Virus record (IMG/VR): IMGVR_UViG_3300023198_000559 | Location: 15,996-79,995 of that record | Direction: 5' to 3' (one strand) | DNA: 64,000 nucleotides | From: a virus | In this document: positions 1-9,806 of the stretch, in pieces | Numbering within the stretch: the first letter of the stretch is position 1 | How the letters are laid out: each line of letters starts with the position of its first letter | Program-made: the position numbers and the translations under genes | Notes under the pieces: model-generated | Databases searched by the model: none | Seen by the model: the letters and a program-made list of their open reading frames with translations, nothing else | What the model was told of the DNA's origin: nothing

Positions 1-443
1 TGGAAGGACGTCCAGAAATCTAGACCTGCTTCAGTGAATTGGTTCTTACTATTAATTTCAATTGTTGCTTCCTCTTTTCTTTCAGGTTTCTTATATGTCA
101 ATACTTTCTTAGATGCTGTAAAATTTCCATCTGTAAATCCTAACTTAAAGTCAGAGTCTATCTTGTGCAGGGCATCTGTATGATTTAATCCATACATCTC
201 CATTACAAGTTGAACTATTGTTCCAGATTTATCTAATGCACCATCTTTCCATAAAAACTCTACTCCAGCATCTGGATAGGCATTATAAAAAGAAAAGGAA
301 GGTGAATCATCCACCTCCCTTATAGGGGATGAGTATGTCCCTCTGATATCCGGGTCGAACCCTAGATAATGACAGTACAGGCCATACTCATCTATCCTAG
401 TTAATATACTTGACAACGACAAAGCGAAGTCACTTATATCCAT
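1..443 (-). CDS. dnaG: DNA primase, crAss-like type (N-terminal part, truncated by window edge)
   Basis: Translated by hand from ATG at 443: MDISDFALSLSSILTRIDEYGLYCHYLGFDPDIRGTYSSPIREVDDSPSFSFY...WKDG. The SP(I/L)R-D-xPSF-WKD pattern is typical of the primase N-terminal domain. Lies at the end of the replication module. Confidence 0.75.
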   Translation of the reverse strand, partial: MDISDFALSLSSILTRIDEYGLYCHYLGFDPDIRGTYSSPIREVDDSPSFSFYNAYPDAGVEFLWKDGALDKSGTIVQLVMEMYGLNHTDALHKIDSDFKLGFTDGNFTASKKVLTYKKPERKEEATIEINSKNQFTEAGLDFWTSF

Positions 444-1138
444 TACTCTGCGCTTAAGTCGGCTGGAGCGTCATCCTCATCTGCATTGAATACTTCAGCA
501 AGAGCTGAGTCGTTAAGACTTACAGCTTTCTTGGCTACTTTATCCTTTGCTGGAGTTGGGTCGTTTTTACCATTAGCAATTTCCCAATTAGACCACTTGA
601 TCTTAGAAGCGTCCACTGGAATATCCATTGACTCCACCCATGGTCCAAAATTTGGAAGGGAAGCAAATGAAGATTTCTTAGAACGTCGAGGAAGCTTAAC
701 CCTAAATGGGTGCTTCTCGTCTGCTATAAATGGTTTCATCATTTCAAGAAATTGGCCTACAATGTTATTGTAAGCAAGGTCAACGTTAGCTTGATCTGTG
801 AATATGATCTTAGCATTCTCGTTAGTCACTGTGAGCCCCTTGGTAGGGTTAATCTCAGGCTTCTCAAGATATACTTTTAACAATTCTACTAGAACATTTC
901 TAAAGTTGACGATAAGCTTTAACATAGTGCCACCATCTCTCTTTTCACCAAAGTAATCCACACTTTGACCATATACCCGGATATTAACATCTTGGTCAGA
1001 CGTCAATTCAGCTGTACCAGCTAATGCTGCCATAGCATCATCTTTGCCTTTCTTTAAGAATTCAATTTCCAAAGTACCTTGATCATTAAGGATTGCTTTG
1101 CTTATTATCACGTTTTCATGTATTCCTACTTGTAACAT
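443..1138 (-). CDS. Putative single-stranded DNA-binding protein (acidic C-tail)
   Basis: 231 aa, acidic C-terminus (FNADEDDAPADLSAE), between the AAA ATPase and primase. Inferred from position. Confidence 0.45.
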   Translation of the reverse strand: MLQVGIHENVIISKAILNDQGTLEIEFLKKGKDDAMAALAGTAELTSDQDVNIRVYGQSVDYFGEKRDGGTMLKLIVNFRNVLVELLKVYLEKPEINPTKGLTVTNENAKIIFTDQANVDLAYNNIVGQFLEMMKPFIADEKHPFRVKLPRRSKKSSFASLPNFGPWVESMDIPVDASKIKWSNWEIANGKNDPTPAKDKVAKKAVSLNDSALAEVFNADEDDAPADLSAE

Positions 1139-1158
1139 ATATTAATTAATTTTAAAAA

Positions 1159-1938
1159 TTAGTCTAGTAATTCATTTTCGTCTGCGATGAAACTATCATC
1201 TGCTGCTTGAGGCTCTTTTACTGTATCTTCTGTGTTTTCTTCTGTAATCTCATCTTCACCAAGCTTAGATAGAAATTCAGCTGCACTGTCTTCCATACTT
1301 TCTTGCTGTTCTTCTTGTTCTACTACCTCAAGAATTTCTTCAGGTTGTACTAATAAAGTTAAAGGCCACATTTCAGTGTCAGTACGTCGTTGATACGTAA
1401 CATCACCTTTATGTTCTCCTCTGTTTACTCGCTTAGGGAAGTGATAGATATTGTTCTCAGTAGTTAAACCAAAATCACTATTAATCACTAAGTCTACGAA
1501 GCGGTTATCTACGAATAGATCAGCTATACCATAAACTTCTTGTAACAAGTCAATCAACCATTTACCAGTAGTACTAGAACCTTGTGTAAGAACACTGGTC
1601 TTAGGAGCACCACCTTCAGGGTTGTAACCAACACTACCAAATAAGTCTACCTTAGGCATATCCTTATCTACGAGAGCAACCATCACTAAACGTGGGTTAT
1701 CTTGTGGATAATTAGGGAAATTAGCAGTATCGATGATATCAAAACCACGACCTACTTCTTCTCCTTTAGCTACATATTCTAAACTGTGGTCCTCGACCAA
1801 CTGTGATGCAGGGAATATTCTACCATCTGAAAATAATCTCAAATGGGCTCCTTCTGCAGGTGTAGTATCTACTGATGCACTACGTACTCTTGATTCAGTC
1901 TTAGTAAGGCTGATATCGTTTAAAAAATCTAAATTCAT
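1159..1938 (-). CDS. Hypothetical replication-module protein with acidic tail
   Basis: Start reassigned to MNLDF (1938) to avoid overlap with the upstream ATPase. Long E/D-rich C-terminus. Confidence 0.6.
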   Translation of the reverse strand: MNLDFLNDISLTKTESRVRSASVDTTPAEGAHLRLFSDGRIFPASQLVEDHSLEYVAKGEEVGRGFDIIDTANFPNYPQDNPRLVMVALVDKDMPKVDLFGSVGYNPEGGAPKTSVLTQGSSTTGKWLIDLLQEVYGIADLFVDNRFVDLVINSDFGLTTENNIYHFPKRVNRGEHKGDVTYQRRTDTEMWPLTLLVQPEEILEVVEQEEQQESMEDSAAEFLSKLGEDEITEENTEDTVKEPQAADDSFIADENELLD

Positions 1939-1948
1939 ATTTATAATT

Positions 1949-2692
1949 TTAATCAATGAAAATATTATTCCAAAATGCTTTAACAGACCCATCTTCTTTC
2001 GATTCACCAAGAAGAATACTCTTTCCTCTAAGGTGAATAGGACGAGCACCACAAACGCGCTCATCAGATGAATTAAAATTAGCATATACCTTTTTGTCAT
2101 CTCGTTGTATGTATGCAATAGCATCCATTTGGCTACATATTATAGACTTCAACTTCCCGGTTAATTGGATATCCTTAGAAGGTGTTTCTTTACCTCCTTT
2201 TTCAATCATCTTATCCTGCAAGTGAGCTACAAGTATGAGTCTATCAGTTACTTTATATAAAGCATCTGTTAACTCGAGGAACGCTTGTCTCGCATACAGC
2301 CATCCTGCGCCATTAGGTAGTGTTCTTACATCAGTCCCATCAAAGTTAGCTCCCATGGGAGTTGCTTTATACAGTTGTAATGCGCGAACAAGACTTAAAT
2401 CTTCAAGTACTGTAGTAGAGTCAATCGCTATATACTTATAAGGTACGTGTCCTAGTTCTTTCTTCTTCTTTTGTAACTCTACTATCAACTGAATGAGTTG
2501 TTTATAGCTACCTACTTTTACCTTTAATGCTTCAATATGCCTGGCACCATCCTCTAAGTCTATAATTAAACAGTCCTCGAGTAGGGATAATAAGGTAGTT
2601 TTACCTGCCTTAGGTTCTGAATACATTAAAAACTTTGCTGGGGACTTTAACTCCACAGGGGTTTTCTCTGTTGGTAATATTAAATCTGGCAT
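1949..2692 (-). CDS. AAA_24 / Sak4-like ATPase (recombination/annealing)
   Basis: Walker A YSEPKAGKTT, IIDLEDG, Walker B IAIDS, LVAH and DAIAY motifs. Confidence 0.8.
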   Translation of the reverse strand: MPDLILPTEKTPVELKSPAKFLMYSEPKAGKTTLLSLLEDCLIIDLEDGARHIEALKVKVGSYKQLIQLIVELQKKKKELGHVPYKYIAIDSTTVLEDLSLVRALQLYKATPMGANFDGTDVRTLPNGAGWLYARQAFLELTDALYKVTDRLILVAHLQDKMIEKGGKETPSKDIQLTGKLKSIICSQMDAIAYIQRDDKKVYANFNSSDERVCGARPIHLRGKSILLGESKEDGSVKAFWNNIFID

Positions 2693-2695
2693 ATA

Positions 2696-3760
2696 TTATT
2701 GTTTAGTTAAACGGGCGTAGTCCTGGCTGGTCATTCTCTCTGGAAACTCTTCAAACATACTAGCACCTCCTATAAATCTAAGAGCTGCACGTTTATTTGT
2801 ATTTCCATTTCTATTCTTAAGAATGTGCGCGGACACGAACCATGATTTTAATTGTGTTATATCATATACTGATGTACCTACATTTACTGTCTCTACTTGG
2901 TATCTTACTGGATCCCATAGACCAACAATTACATTTGCATCCTTCGTAGTACGTTTACTATCTTCAAAGTCTCTAAGCATGGGAGTTTTCTGTCCGTGCC
3001 TTTGTCTTTGAATATCGGAGTTATCTGCATTGAATTGCTGGATAATTATAGGAGTGTGTTGACATATATTTCTAAAGGTTAAGGATATCTTAGATATTCT
3101 ATCAATAGACTGCTTGTATGATTGACCTTGTTCTGTTTCAGCTAAGTTAATTGTGTCAACAATGCCTACAGTTAATAACTGTGGATTGTTTAGAGTATAC
3201 TCTCCTAACCTAGAGACTGCCATCGAGCCATCATCTTTTGCAAATTTGCCAACCTTTCTATAATGAGTCAGTAAGACATCATGGTAGAAAGTAGGTGTTA
3301 TCTGATCTGCTACAACTATTAGTTTCTTTTCAAAATCTTCAAAATATTTTCTTTTACTCTCTACTAATTTCAGCTCCTCAGGTGTTAAGTAATAGCCTTT
3401 TCTAAAGCCCATTATCTTATCATATGGTATCATCCGTTTGTGATCTTTATAGATTTTCCGGATGATAGCATTAATCATATTCTCTGAGGAAGTAATCTCC
3501 ATACTAAAATCTATAAATTGTACGTCTAAAACACTGTTATCATTAATCTTCTTATAATAATCGTAAACAGCATACATATGTTGGTCCCGGGCGTATTTAG
3601 TCTTACCTACGCCAGTCTCCGCACCAATTAAATAGTACGTAGACCTTCGGGTTCCATATGTATACTCTGTAAGTTTAGGACAGTTCTCCATTGGAACACC
3701 AATATTCTTTCCGGACATTCCCTCAGCAATGAGGTCTATCGCTCCATCAAATATTGACAT
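2696..3760 (-). CDS. dnaB: DnaB-like (SF4) replicative helicase
   Basis: GAETGVGKT Walker A, FSME, IVDTINL, IIQQFN, RDFEDS, DANVIVGL, ILKNRNG. Confidence 0.85.
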   Translation of the reverse strand: MSIFDGAIDLIAEGMSGKNIGVPMENCPKLTEYTYGTRRSTYYLIGAETGVGKTKYARDQHMYAVYDYYKKINDNSVLDVQFIDFSMEITSSENMINAIIRKIYKDHKRMIPYDKIMGFRKGYYLTPEELKLVESKRKYFEDFEKKLIVVADQITPTFYHDVLLTHYRKVGKFAKDDGSMAVSRLGEYTLNNPQLLTVGIVDTINLAETEQGQSYKQSIDRISKISLTFRNICQHTPIIIQQFNADNSDIQRQRHGQKTPMLRDFEDSKRTTKDANVIVGLWDPVRYQVETVNVGTSVYDITQLKSWFVSAHILKNRNGNTNKRAALRFIGGASMFEEFPERMTSQDYARLTKQ

Positions 3761-4164
3761 TAATCTTCCCAAATAACTGGTTTAACTTCACGGTTTTCCA
3801 GGGCTGTTTCCCATACATTGTTCTCAAAGTAGTGTTTAATGGTTACGGGGTATTCTGTTTCTTTATAATACTTCTTAGTCACTTCGACTAATTCAGCTCT
3901 ACTTACTTTAGCAAGTACTCTTAAATACATCTTACCAATCTTGTCAGTAACATATTTTACAGTATACTTACCACCTGAAGGGGATATCACTTGAAATGGA
4001 ATCTCTATATCTACACAGAATTCTTTCAGTGCAGCTTTGGGAGATCCCATGTCTTCAGCGACAGCCTTAAGCTTATCAGTTAAGTAAAATACCCCACTAA
4101 TACTCTTTATAAGCTTATTTTTCTCCAGGTAATCTATTATTTGTATTTTACTTAATCCTTCCAT
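3760..4164 (-). CDS. Hypothetical protein
   Basis: 134-aa ORF, translationally coupled to the helicase. Confidence 0.6.
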   Translation of the reverse strand: MEGLSKIQIIDYLEKNKLIKSISGVFYLTDKLKAVAEDMGSPKAALKEFCVDIEIPFQVISPSGGKYTVKYVTDKIGKMYLRVLAKVSRAELVEVTKKYYKETEYPVTIKHYFENNVWETALENREVKPVIWED

Positions 4165-4346
4165 TATAAAATTCTAAGAAATTGATTTTCAGATTTGAGC
4201 ACGTAGTCATTGAAAGCATCTTGAAATTCTTGCTTTTTGTATACTACACTAAGCTCTTTAAATGTTTCATCTGATAAATCTATTACATCCTTTACTTTAT
4301 TTCCAACAGCTTTTGCTACTTCTGCATTTAATACATAATACTTCAT
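4164..4346 (-). CDS. Hypothetical protein
   Basis: 60-aa ORF with stop/start overlap. Confidence 0.55.
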   Translation of the reverse strand: MKYYVLNAEVAKAVGNKVKDVIDLSDETFKELSVVYKKQEFQDAFNDYVLKSENQFLRIL

Positions 4347-4353
4347 AATTCTA

Positions 4354-4854
4354 TTAATTTATAAAAGTTAATACTGTATGCAATAAAGTAATTAAAGAAA
4401 TACTAAATGCATACACTTCATACCAGTAAACAGGATTAGGCATTGTTTTTCTATATTTAACTGCAATTGCTAATCCCGCAAAAGCTAATACAAGAAGTGC
4501 CCAAGTATAAATTAAGCCTATAAATACTATTACACCTATCAGCATTACTGCTGAGGATATATAGTGTACAATTCCAGTAATTTTATCAAGGTACATGGCT
4601 GCAGCTCCAGTTAATATGGCGCCTATTCCAGAAGTATATAAAGCCCAGGAATGCTCACTACCATAATAGGCAGCAATCAATATTAAAAGGAGTCCGGATG
4701 TAAACATAAGTATACGAAACCAGTATCCTTTTCCTAATTCTCGTAAGGTGTAAAAACTACGTGATATAGAGTGTAAAACCCCATATTTCCACGTTACAAT
4801 TCCAACATAGCCTACAAAGAGGACTATTAACGCTACTGTCAGGTATAGTATCAT
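4354..4854 (-). CDS. Multi-pass membrane protein (DUF998-like)
   Basis: About 5-6 hydrophobic segments; SIS-x-F-Y and H-Y-x-S motifs. Confidence 0.55.
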   Translation of the reverse strand: MILYLTVALIVLFVGYVGIVTWKYGVLHSISRSFYTLRELGKGYWFRILMFTSGLLLILIAAYYGSEHSWALYTSGIGAILTGAAAMYLDKITGIVHYISSAVMLIGVIVFIGLIYTWALLVLAFAGLAIAVKYRKTMPNPVYWYEVYAFSISLITLLHTVLTFIN

Positions 4855-4864
4855 TTAAAAAAAT

Positions 4865-5248
4865 TTAGTCACTTGAGTCCCAATTATGGGATACCATTTC
4901 AACGGAGCCGTTCTCTAATTTCCAGAGACCTCCTCCCCAACTTGGGGCAAACATTTTATCTACTTCTCTTGCGTCACCTACCAATAATAGAGTATTTAAA
5001 TCCTCTATATTAGAAGGTTGGTTTGCAAATTGAGATATAGCATAGTATCTGAGTGTGTGTAACTTCAGAGCCTTTTCGATTCTAATAGCAAATGGGAGCT
5101 TAAGTTGGAATATACTTTCACCATCTCCATCTGTTAGTTTAAAACTATAGAGGTGCTTAATAATATCCTTCAACTCGGCGTTCTCAGCCTTCAGAGCTAC
5201 GTGCTCTTCTTCAGCGTCTAAATAGGTTTCATTTGGTGTTATTTCCAT
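4865..5248 (-). CDS. Hypothetical protein
   Basis: 127-aa ORF directly downstream of the DNA polymerase. Confidence 0.55.
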   Translation of the reverse strand: MEITPNETYLDAEEEHVALKAENAELKDIIKHLYSFKLTDGDGESIFQLKLPFAIRIEKALKLHTLRYYAISQFANQPSNIEDLNTLLLVGDAREVDKMFAPSWGGGLWKLENGSVEMVSHNWDSSD

Positions 5249-7384
5249 TTATTTGGTCCATTTTTCTGTAATATTGGTCTCACTTGTGAGTAAACCAGAA
5301 GGAATTACTATTTTTGCAGCGGCTTCCATGATACTTGTCATGTCTCTTTGCCATATACTGGCATAGTCTTTATGACATATAGTATCTATCTGATCATGTA
5401 CTTGCATAGATAGTTTAACAACATTAGTAAGTTTGTTATGGTTTATGTGCTTTCTTATTTTAACTAATGCTAATTTCGTCATATCTCCCGAACCACCTTG
5501 AATAGGCATGTTCTTTGATGCGCGTTCCATTATTCCTAGTTTAAATTTATAGTCACCATCCAAATGCTCTTGTACTAATGCTTTATTCTGTGGTCCTTCC
5601 TTGAACCAGCGACGTCTAAAGTATGGAGAAGGAGTCATAATATACCCTTTAACCATTCCAAATGCACCTAATTGCGTTAATGTATGTTCTAATTTAGGAA
5701 ATACTTCAAAGTAAGTCTTCACAATTGCTTCAGCTTCTTCAATAGATATCTGCATAACAGTAGCTATTTTATGAGCTGACGCACCATAAGCAAGACCAAA
5801 GTTAATAGTCTTGATAGTAGTTCTCATGACACCATGGGCATCACACTTACATTTTTGCTTATTCTCCATATATTTACACCCGGGTTCAGCTGCATCCTTC
5901 CATTTATCTGCAAATACTAAATCTGCACATATACTGTGAAGGTCTTCACCACGTTTCAATGCGTCTAACCATACTTTTTCTTTAGATATAGTAGCTATAA
6001 CTACTAACTCTTGCGAGTTAAAGTCACTACTAACATATACCCAGTCTTTAGGTGCTATAAAACAATTACGATACCGGTTACCTACTAATTTGTAAGCTGG
6101 TATCTGTTGCATATTAGGACTGGCACTACTAACGCGTCCTGTGCTTACTATTTGATTGAAATTAGTACGTACATATCCATCACTATCCACTTTTGTTTCG
6201 ATAAACGCTTCACCAAACGATGTAGTAAGCTTTAGAACACGGATGTATTCTTTATATATATCCACAAGTGGGTGGTGTGCAGTAGTTAGCGCATCTTTAG
6301 ATGTACTCTCTAAGCCAGGTAATATAGTTCTAAATAGCTGTAATCGTTGAGCAGGTGAACCCCAATTAATTGTGAGCGTACCAGCTTCAATCAAGAAAGC
6401 ATTATCTATAAGGAATTGCCTATGGTTAATTAATAGGTCATCTTCAAGGAATTCATACTCTTGTTCTAAGTATTCCAAAAGATTCTCTATTTTATTCGCA
6501 CTAGCATACTTTTTAATGGTCACCTTGGTCACTCCTTCCATTTCTGGATATAAGTGTCCAAAGACTAGCTTGCGTTGCTTAGGGCTCCTCCAATTGATTG
6601 TAAGTTTGTCATCTGGACTATAGAAATTCAACCTGGTTACTTCAGCAACTAGGTGTTCTTTTATATAATTACTAAGCTTTATATACAAGGTATTTACAAT
6701 ATCCTGGGCCCATGTGTAATTAGCTCTCCATGCTTCTTGATCTAAGAGCATGCCATTGACACTAATATCACCAAAGGCTAATACTGCTTCATTTTCAAGG
6801 TCTGCAACCTTCATCAAGTTATACTTCTTAAGCTTAACACGTTGTACTGTGTTAATACTTTCGAGATATAGTACATCTTGAGCAGCATATTCTATTTGTT
6901 CATCGCTAAGATATGTTACATCAAAGGATTTCTGTAGTTCTTTACGGAGTTCTACACCTATATAGTCCTTAACCAAACGTGCAAGACCAAAGAAGCCTTT
7001 CATTTGTTCTAGACCAGTATATAGTATCTTTTCTTGTAACATGGTACATACTACGTTCTCGAGTGTGATACCAAACCACTTAAGTATAGTATACTCAAAC
7101 ATTGCGTTATGAATATACTTTACTTTAGTAGTATCTTCAAGCATAAATTTTATAACTCTTACTGCATCCTTAGTTAGGTAGTCCCATTGGATAACCCATT
7201 GTACTTCGCTATTGCCAAATTGAATTACCTTAAGTTTCCTTTCAGGTAGCTCATCTGTTACATTAGTCTCTATATCTAATTGATACTCTGTTTGCATGCG
7301 CTCCCAGGATATAAAATCACTAAAGTCAGCACACTCGTAGTTCGTACGGTCAGTATGACCTATAAAGTTTATGCTTTTAATCAT
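5249..7384 (-). CDS. polA: DNA polymerase family A with 3'-5' exonuclease
   Basis: ExoI LDIET, ExoII HNAMFE, ExoIII YAAQD; TGRVSSASPNMQQIP; motif A DFNSQEL; motif B RTTIKTINFGLAYG (Phe at the 762-equivalent); motif C VHDQI. Confidence 0.95.
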   Translation of the reverse strand: MIKSINFIGHTDRTNYECADFSDFISWERMQTEYQLDIETNVTDELPERKLKVIQFGNSEVQWVIQWDYLTKDAVRVIKFMLEDTTKVKYIHNAMFEYTILKWFGITLENVVCTMLQEKILYTGLEQMKGFFGLARLVKDYIGVELRKELQKSFDVTYLSDEQIEYAAQDVLYLESINTVQRVKLKKYNLMKVADLENEAVLAFGDISVNGMLLDQEAWRANYTWAQDIVNTLYIKLSNYIKEHLVAEVTRLNFYSPDDKLTINWRSPKQRKLVFGHLYPEMEGVTKVTIKKYASANKIENLLEYLEQEYEFLEDDLLINHRQFLIDNAFLIEAGTLTINWGSPAQRLQLFRTILPGLESTSKDALTTAHHPLVDIYKEYIRVLKLTTSFGEAFIETKVDSDGYVRTNFNQIVSTGRVSSASPNMQQIPAYKLVGNRYRNCFIAPKDWVYVSSDFNSQELVVIATISKEKVWLDALKRGEDLHSICADLVFADKWKDAAEPGCKYMENKQKCKCDAHGVMRTTIKTINFGLAYGASAHKIATVMQISIEEAEAIVKTYFEVFPKLEHTLTQLGAFGMVKGYIMTPSPYFRRRWFKEGPQNKALVQEHLDGDYKFKLGIMERASKNMPIQGGSGDMTKLALVKIRKHINHNKLTNVVKLSMQVHDQIDTICHKDYASIWQRDMTSIMEAAAKIVIPSGLLTSETNITEKWTK

Positions 7385-7491
7385 TTGCTTATTTCTTTTT
7401 TCTCTGGTTCAGGTGCATCACTTTCGCATGCAATTGACATAAGAGACATAACTATCAATGCTATACCAATATATTTAATTAAGTTTTTCAT
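7381..7491 (-). CDS. Small putative lipoprotein (36 aa)
   Basis: Hand-translated MKNLIKYIGIALIVMSLMSIACESDAPEPEKKEISK. Signal peptide plus lipobox-like SIA-C; ATGA overlaps with both neighbours. Confidence 0.5.
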   Translation of the reverse strand: MKNLIKYIGIALIVMSLMSIACESDAPEPEKKEISK

Positions 7492-7718
7492 GTTTTTAAT
7501 TCTTTAACTATTCGTTCATTGGGGTGCCCCCAAGTATTAAATATAAATTCTTGTGCTTCATGTACTGAATTCCAGTATATTATATGATCGAGTTCTCCCC
7601 AACCATCTATAGCTACATCAGGTTCTGTATAATCACTCCAGAAGATCCATAGTGCACGTAGCTGAATTTTAAAACGTATGTTATGTCCGTGTGTTACTTG
7701 TACTATTCTAAAATTCAT
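7488..7718 (-). CDS. Hypothetical protein
   Basis: 76-aa ORF in the coupled operon. Confidence 0.55.
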   Translation of the reverse strand: MNFRIVQVTHGHNIRFKIQLRALWIFWSDYTEPDVAIDGWGELDHIIYWNSVHEAQEFIFNTWGHPNERIVKELKT

Positions 7719-7984
7719 TTGATTTCGTTTTCAATATGTAACTTAACAACATTACATTTATAGTAACGTTTTCTACCGGTGACATATTTAGTATTAGGGT
7801 GTACTTCATACTCCCAGGCTATACTATCTAGTTCTTGAAAGAGTTCGTGTCTTATACTTACTCTCAATGTCTTTAATCTTTCACTACTATCATGCAGCAT
7901 ATATGTTTGCATTATAACTGCTAGCATGAGTACTATAACTAGCTTTAATATAAAGCCAGGGTCTTGTGATATATACTTCTTCAT
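7715..7984 (-). CDS. Hypothetical membrane-anchored protein
   Basis: N-terminal hydrophobic helix; A-rich initiation region upstream. Confidence 0.55.
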   Translation of the reverse strand: MKKYISQDPGFILKLVIVLMLAVIMQTYMLHDSSERLKTLRVSIRHELFQELDSIAWEYEVHPNTKYVTGRKRYYKCNVVKLHIENEIK

Positions 7985-7997
7985 AGTTTCTAAGTTT

Positions 7998-8028
7998 AAA
8001 TAAATCCCCTGTCCTATACCAGGGGATT
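7998..8028 (-). terminator. Intrinsic terminator
   Basis: Minus strand AATCCCCTG-gtatagga-CAGGGGATT followed by TATTT, just downstream of ORF 8036-8572. Confidence 0.6.
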
Positions 8029-8035
8029 AATATTA

Positions 8036-8572
8036 TTAAAGTACTTGTTCTACTTTCACTCCTTCTTCTTCTGCGCTTTCTTCTACTGTTTCAGTAGCTG
8101 CAACTTCACCAGTTTCAATGGTTTCAGCAGCATATCCCCAGTATGTGAAGTATTTCTCGTCAGCACCAGGTGCATCAGCTTTGAATTTACCACGACCTTC
8201 AAACTCACGTCTTGTAAGTTCTGCAAATGCATCAGTGTCATCAGTATTACCAATAACTACATGCGTTGCAGATGTCGCCATACGAGTTACAACACCCTTA
8301 GGGTCTGTAATAGGATATGGAAGTAAACCACCTTGGGTTACAATGTCACCAGCGATAAACTCACCAAGTTTTGCATCATGTGCAAATTCTGGTCGATTAT
8401 CAGGTAAATAAGACTTAGGGTACTTAGTTACGTTCTGAACCTTAGGCTCAATACGTAATTTCTGACCACCTTGGTTGATAAAATTTGGAGTTGACAACTT
8501 AATTTTGTTGTATACGTTGTCACGCTTGTCTAAAAGACCAGCTTCGACTGCTATTACTTCTAATGTTCTCAT
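8036..8572 (-). CDS. Hypothetical protein with acidic tail (possible OB-fold nucleic-acid-binding protein)
   Basis: 178 aa, own terminator, E-rich C-terminus. Function is a guess. Confidence 0.6.
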   Translation of the reverse strand: MRTLEVIAVEAGLLDKRDNVYNKIKLSTPNFINQGGQKLRIEPKVQNVTKYPKSYLPDNRPEFAHDAKLGEFIAGDIVTQGGLLPYPITDPKGVVTRMATSATHVVIGNTDDTDAFAELTRREFEGRGKFKADAPGADEKYFTYWGYAAETIETGEVAATETVEESAEEEGVKVEQVL

Positions 8573-8602
8573 AATATTACTATTATTTTTGTGTTTAAAT
8601 GT

Positions 8603-8773
8603 TTATTTTACTATTACTGGAGTCAAGGAACCTTCCTTGCAGATATTCTCTCGTAGATATTCTATCCACTTCTCAGTCACATCTATAGGTCTGGGATTGG
8701 TAGCGTTAAATATATTTACGAGTTCATCATTTATTCTCCACTCTATTTTATAGAGCTTACTTAGGGTCAACAT
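8603..8773 (-). CDS. Small hypothetical protein (56 aa)
   Basis: Hand-translated MLTLSKLYKIEWRINDELVNIFNATNPRPIDVTEKWIEYLRENICKEGSLTPVIVK; fills the gap between ORFs. Confidence 0.45.
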   Translation of the reverse strand: MLTLSKLYKIEWRINDELVNIFNATNPRPIDVTEKWIEYLRENICKEGSLTPVIVK

Positions 8774-9008
8774 ATAATGTGACCTTATCTAAATTACCTT
8801 CATAACATCGAGGTAAAGGTTTATCAGCGACAAAGAATACTTTCCTGTCTCTTCTGAATAATATTTTACCTTCTTCAGTTAATAACTCCATGGTTAAACC
8901 ATCAAGTTTGGTAGTTTTCTTTATTGGATCAATTAACTTTCTCCAAGCTTGTACTACTCTCGCTTTACCATAGCGACGATGTATTACTAATCTTCCTATA
9001 CCACTCAT
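8757..9008 (-). CDS. Hypothetical protein
   Basis: 83-aa ORF in the coupled operon. Confidence 0.55.
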   Translation of the reverse strand: MSGIGRLVIHRRYGKARVVQAWRKLIDPIKKTTKLDGLTMELLTEEGKILFRRDRKVFFVADKPLPRCYEGNLDKVTLYVDPK

Positions 9009-9271
9009 ATAACTCTGATATACAGTATTTGATTCTTTAAATCTGAATCAGGACGCTCTCCCCTAGCAACTGCAGCTAAGGCATCTTGATTGGGCGGAAT
9101 AGGGCCACAAACCTCTTGTATCATCTTACGGTCTGTTTGATTTCCTTCACGAGTACGTAAGCATTTACTATAAATAGCTTTTACTTTCTGTACTTCTCCT
9201 TTAAAAGCACCTACAAAAAAATTCTTCTCTTTCGGCGTATAGATGCTTTTCTTGTTTACTTTACCTATCAT
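9005..9271 (-). CDS. Hypothetical protein
   Basis: Start reassigned to MIGKV, giving an ATGA overlap with the upstream ORF. Confidence 0.5.
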   Translation of the reverse strand: MIGKVNKKSIYTPKEKNFFVGAFKGEVQKVKAIYSKCLRTREGNQTDRKMIQEVCGPIPPNQDALAAVARGERPDSDLKNQILYIRVI

Positions 9272-9417
9272 TGTTTCCAAATATAAACAGATGCTGGTAG
9301 GGTTAAACCTACAAATAATCCAAAACCTAACAACATAGTTGGTCCTGGTGCTTGTACGTATGAGATAAGACACAAGGCATAAAATATTATTAAACACACT
9401 TTAGCTGCTAATTTCAT
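9268..9417 (-). CDS. Small two-TM membrane protein
   Basis: MKLAAKVCLIIFYALCLISY...LLGFGLFVGLTLPASVYIWKQ. Confidence 0.5.
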   Translation of the reverse strand: MKLAAKVCLIIFYALCLISYVQAPGPTMLLGFGLFVGLTLPASVYIWKQ

Positions 9418-9599
9418 AGTATTTGGGTTAAGGTAAATATAAAGGCTAAAACTGTAGCGATTGGCCACCAAAGTGGCATTGTAGGTTGAATTATACGATC
9501 TAATAAGGGTAACTTATTCATATCAATATATAATTTACTCTGTAAAATGCTAGTATTAATAATGAAATAGCAATGACCAGCATAAGCACGGCTATCCAT
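9414..9599 (-). CDS. Small membrane protein
   Basis: C-terminal hydrophobic helix; start uncertain. Confidence 0.35.
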   Translation of the reverse strand: MDSRAYAGHCYFIINTSILQSKLYIDMNKLPLLDRIIQPTMPLWWPIATVLAFIFTLTQIL

Positions 9600-9614
9600 A
9601 TAAGGGTATTAAAC

Positions 9615-9779
9615 TTATAATTCTTTATTTTGAAGGTTTTCGTAATATTTTTCATATCTCTTTTCAAATTCTAGTTCTGAATCAAAATCCATTTCACGGT
9701 CTGCACCGGATTCAGCTAACTCAATGTTAATTTCATCCTCATACATACCATACCAGTCTTCAAATGATAATATCCTCAT
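9615..9779 (-). CDS. Small highly acidic protein (54 aa)
   Basis: Hand-translated MRILSFEDWYGMYEDEINIELAESGADREMDFDSELEFEKRYEKYYENLQNKEL (17 D/E vs 6 K/R). Below the ORF-track cutoff. Confidence 0.6.
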   Translation of the reverse strand: MRILSFEDWYGMYEDEINIELAESGADREMDFDSELEFEKRYEKYYENLQNKEL

Positions 9780-9806
9780 ACTTGTCGGTTTAGTAATAAT
9801 AATAAA

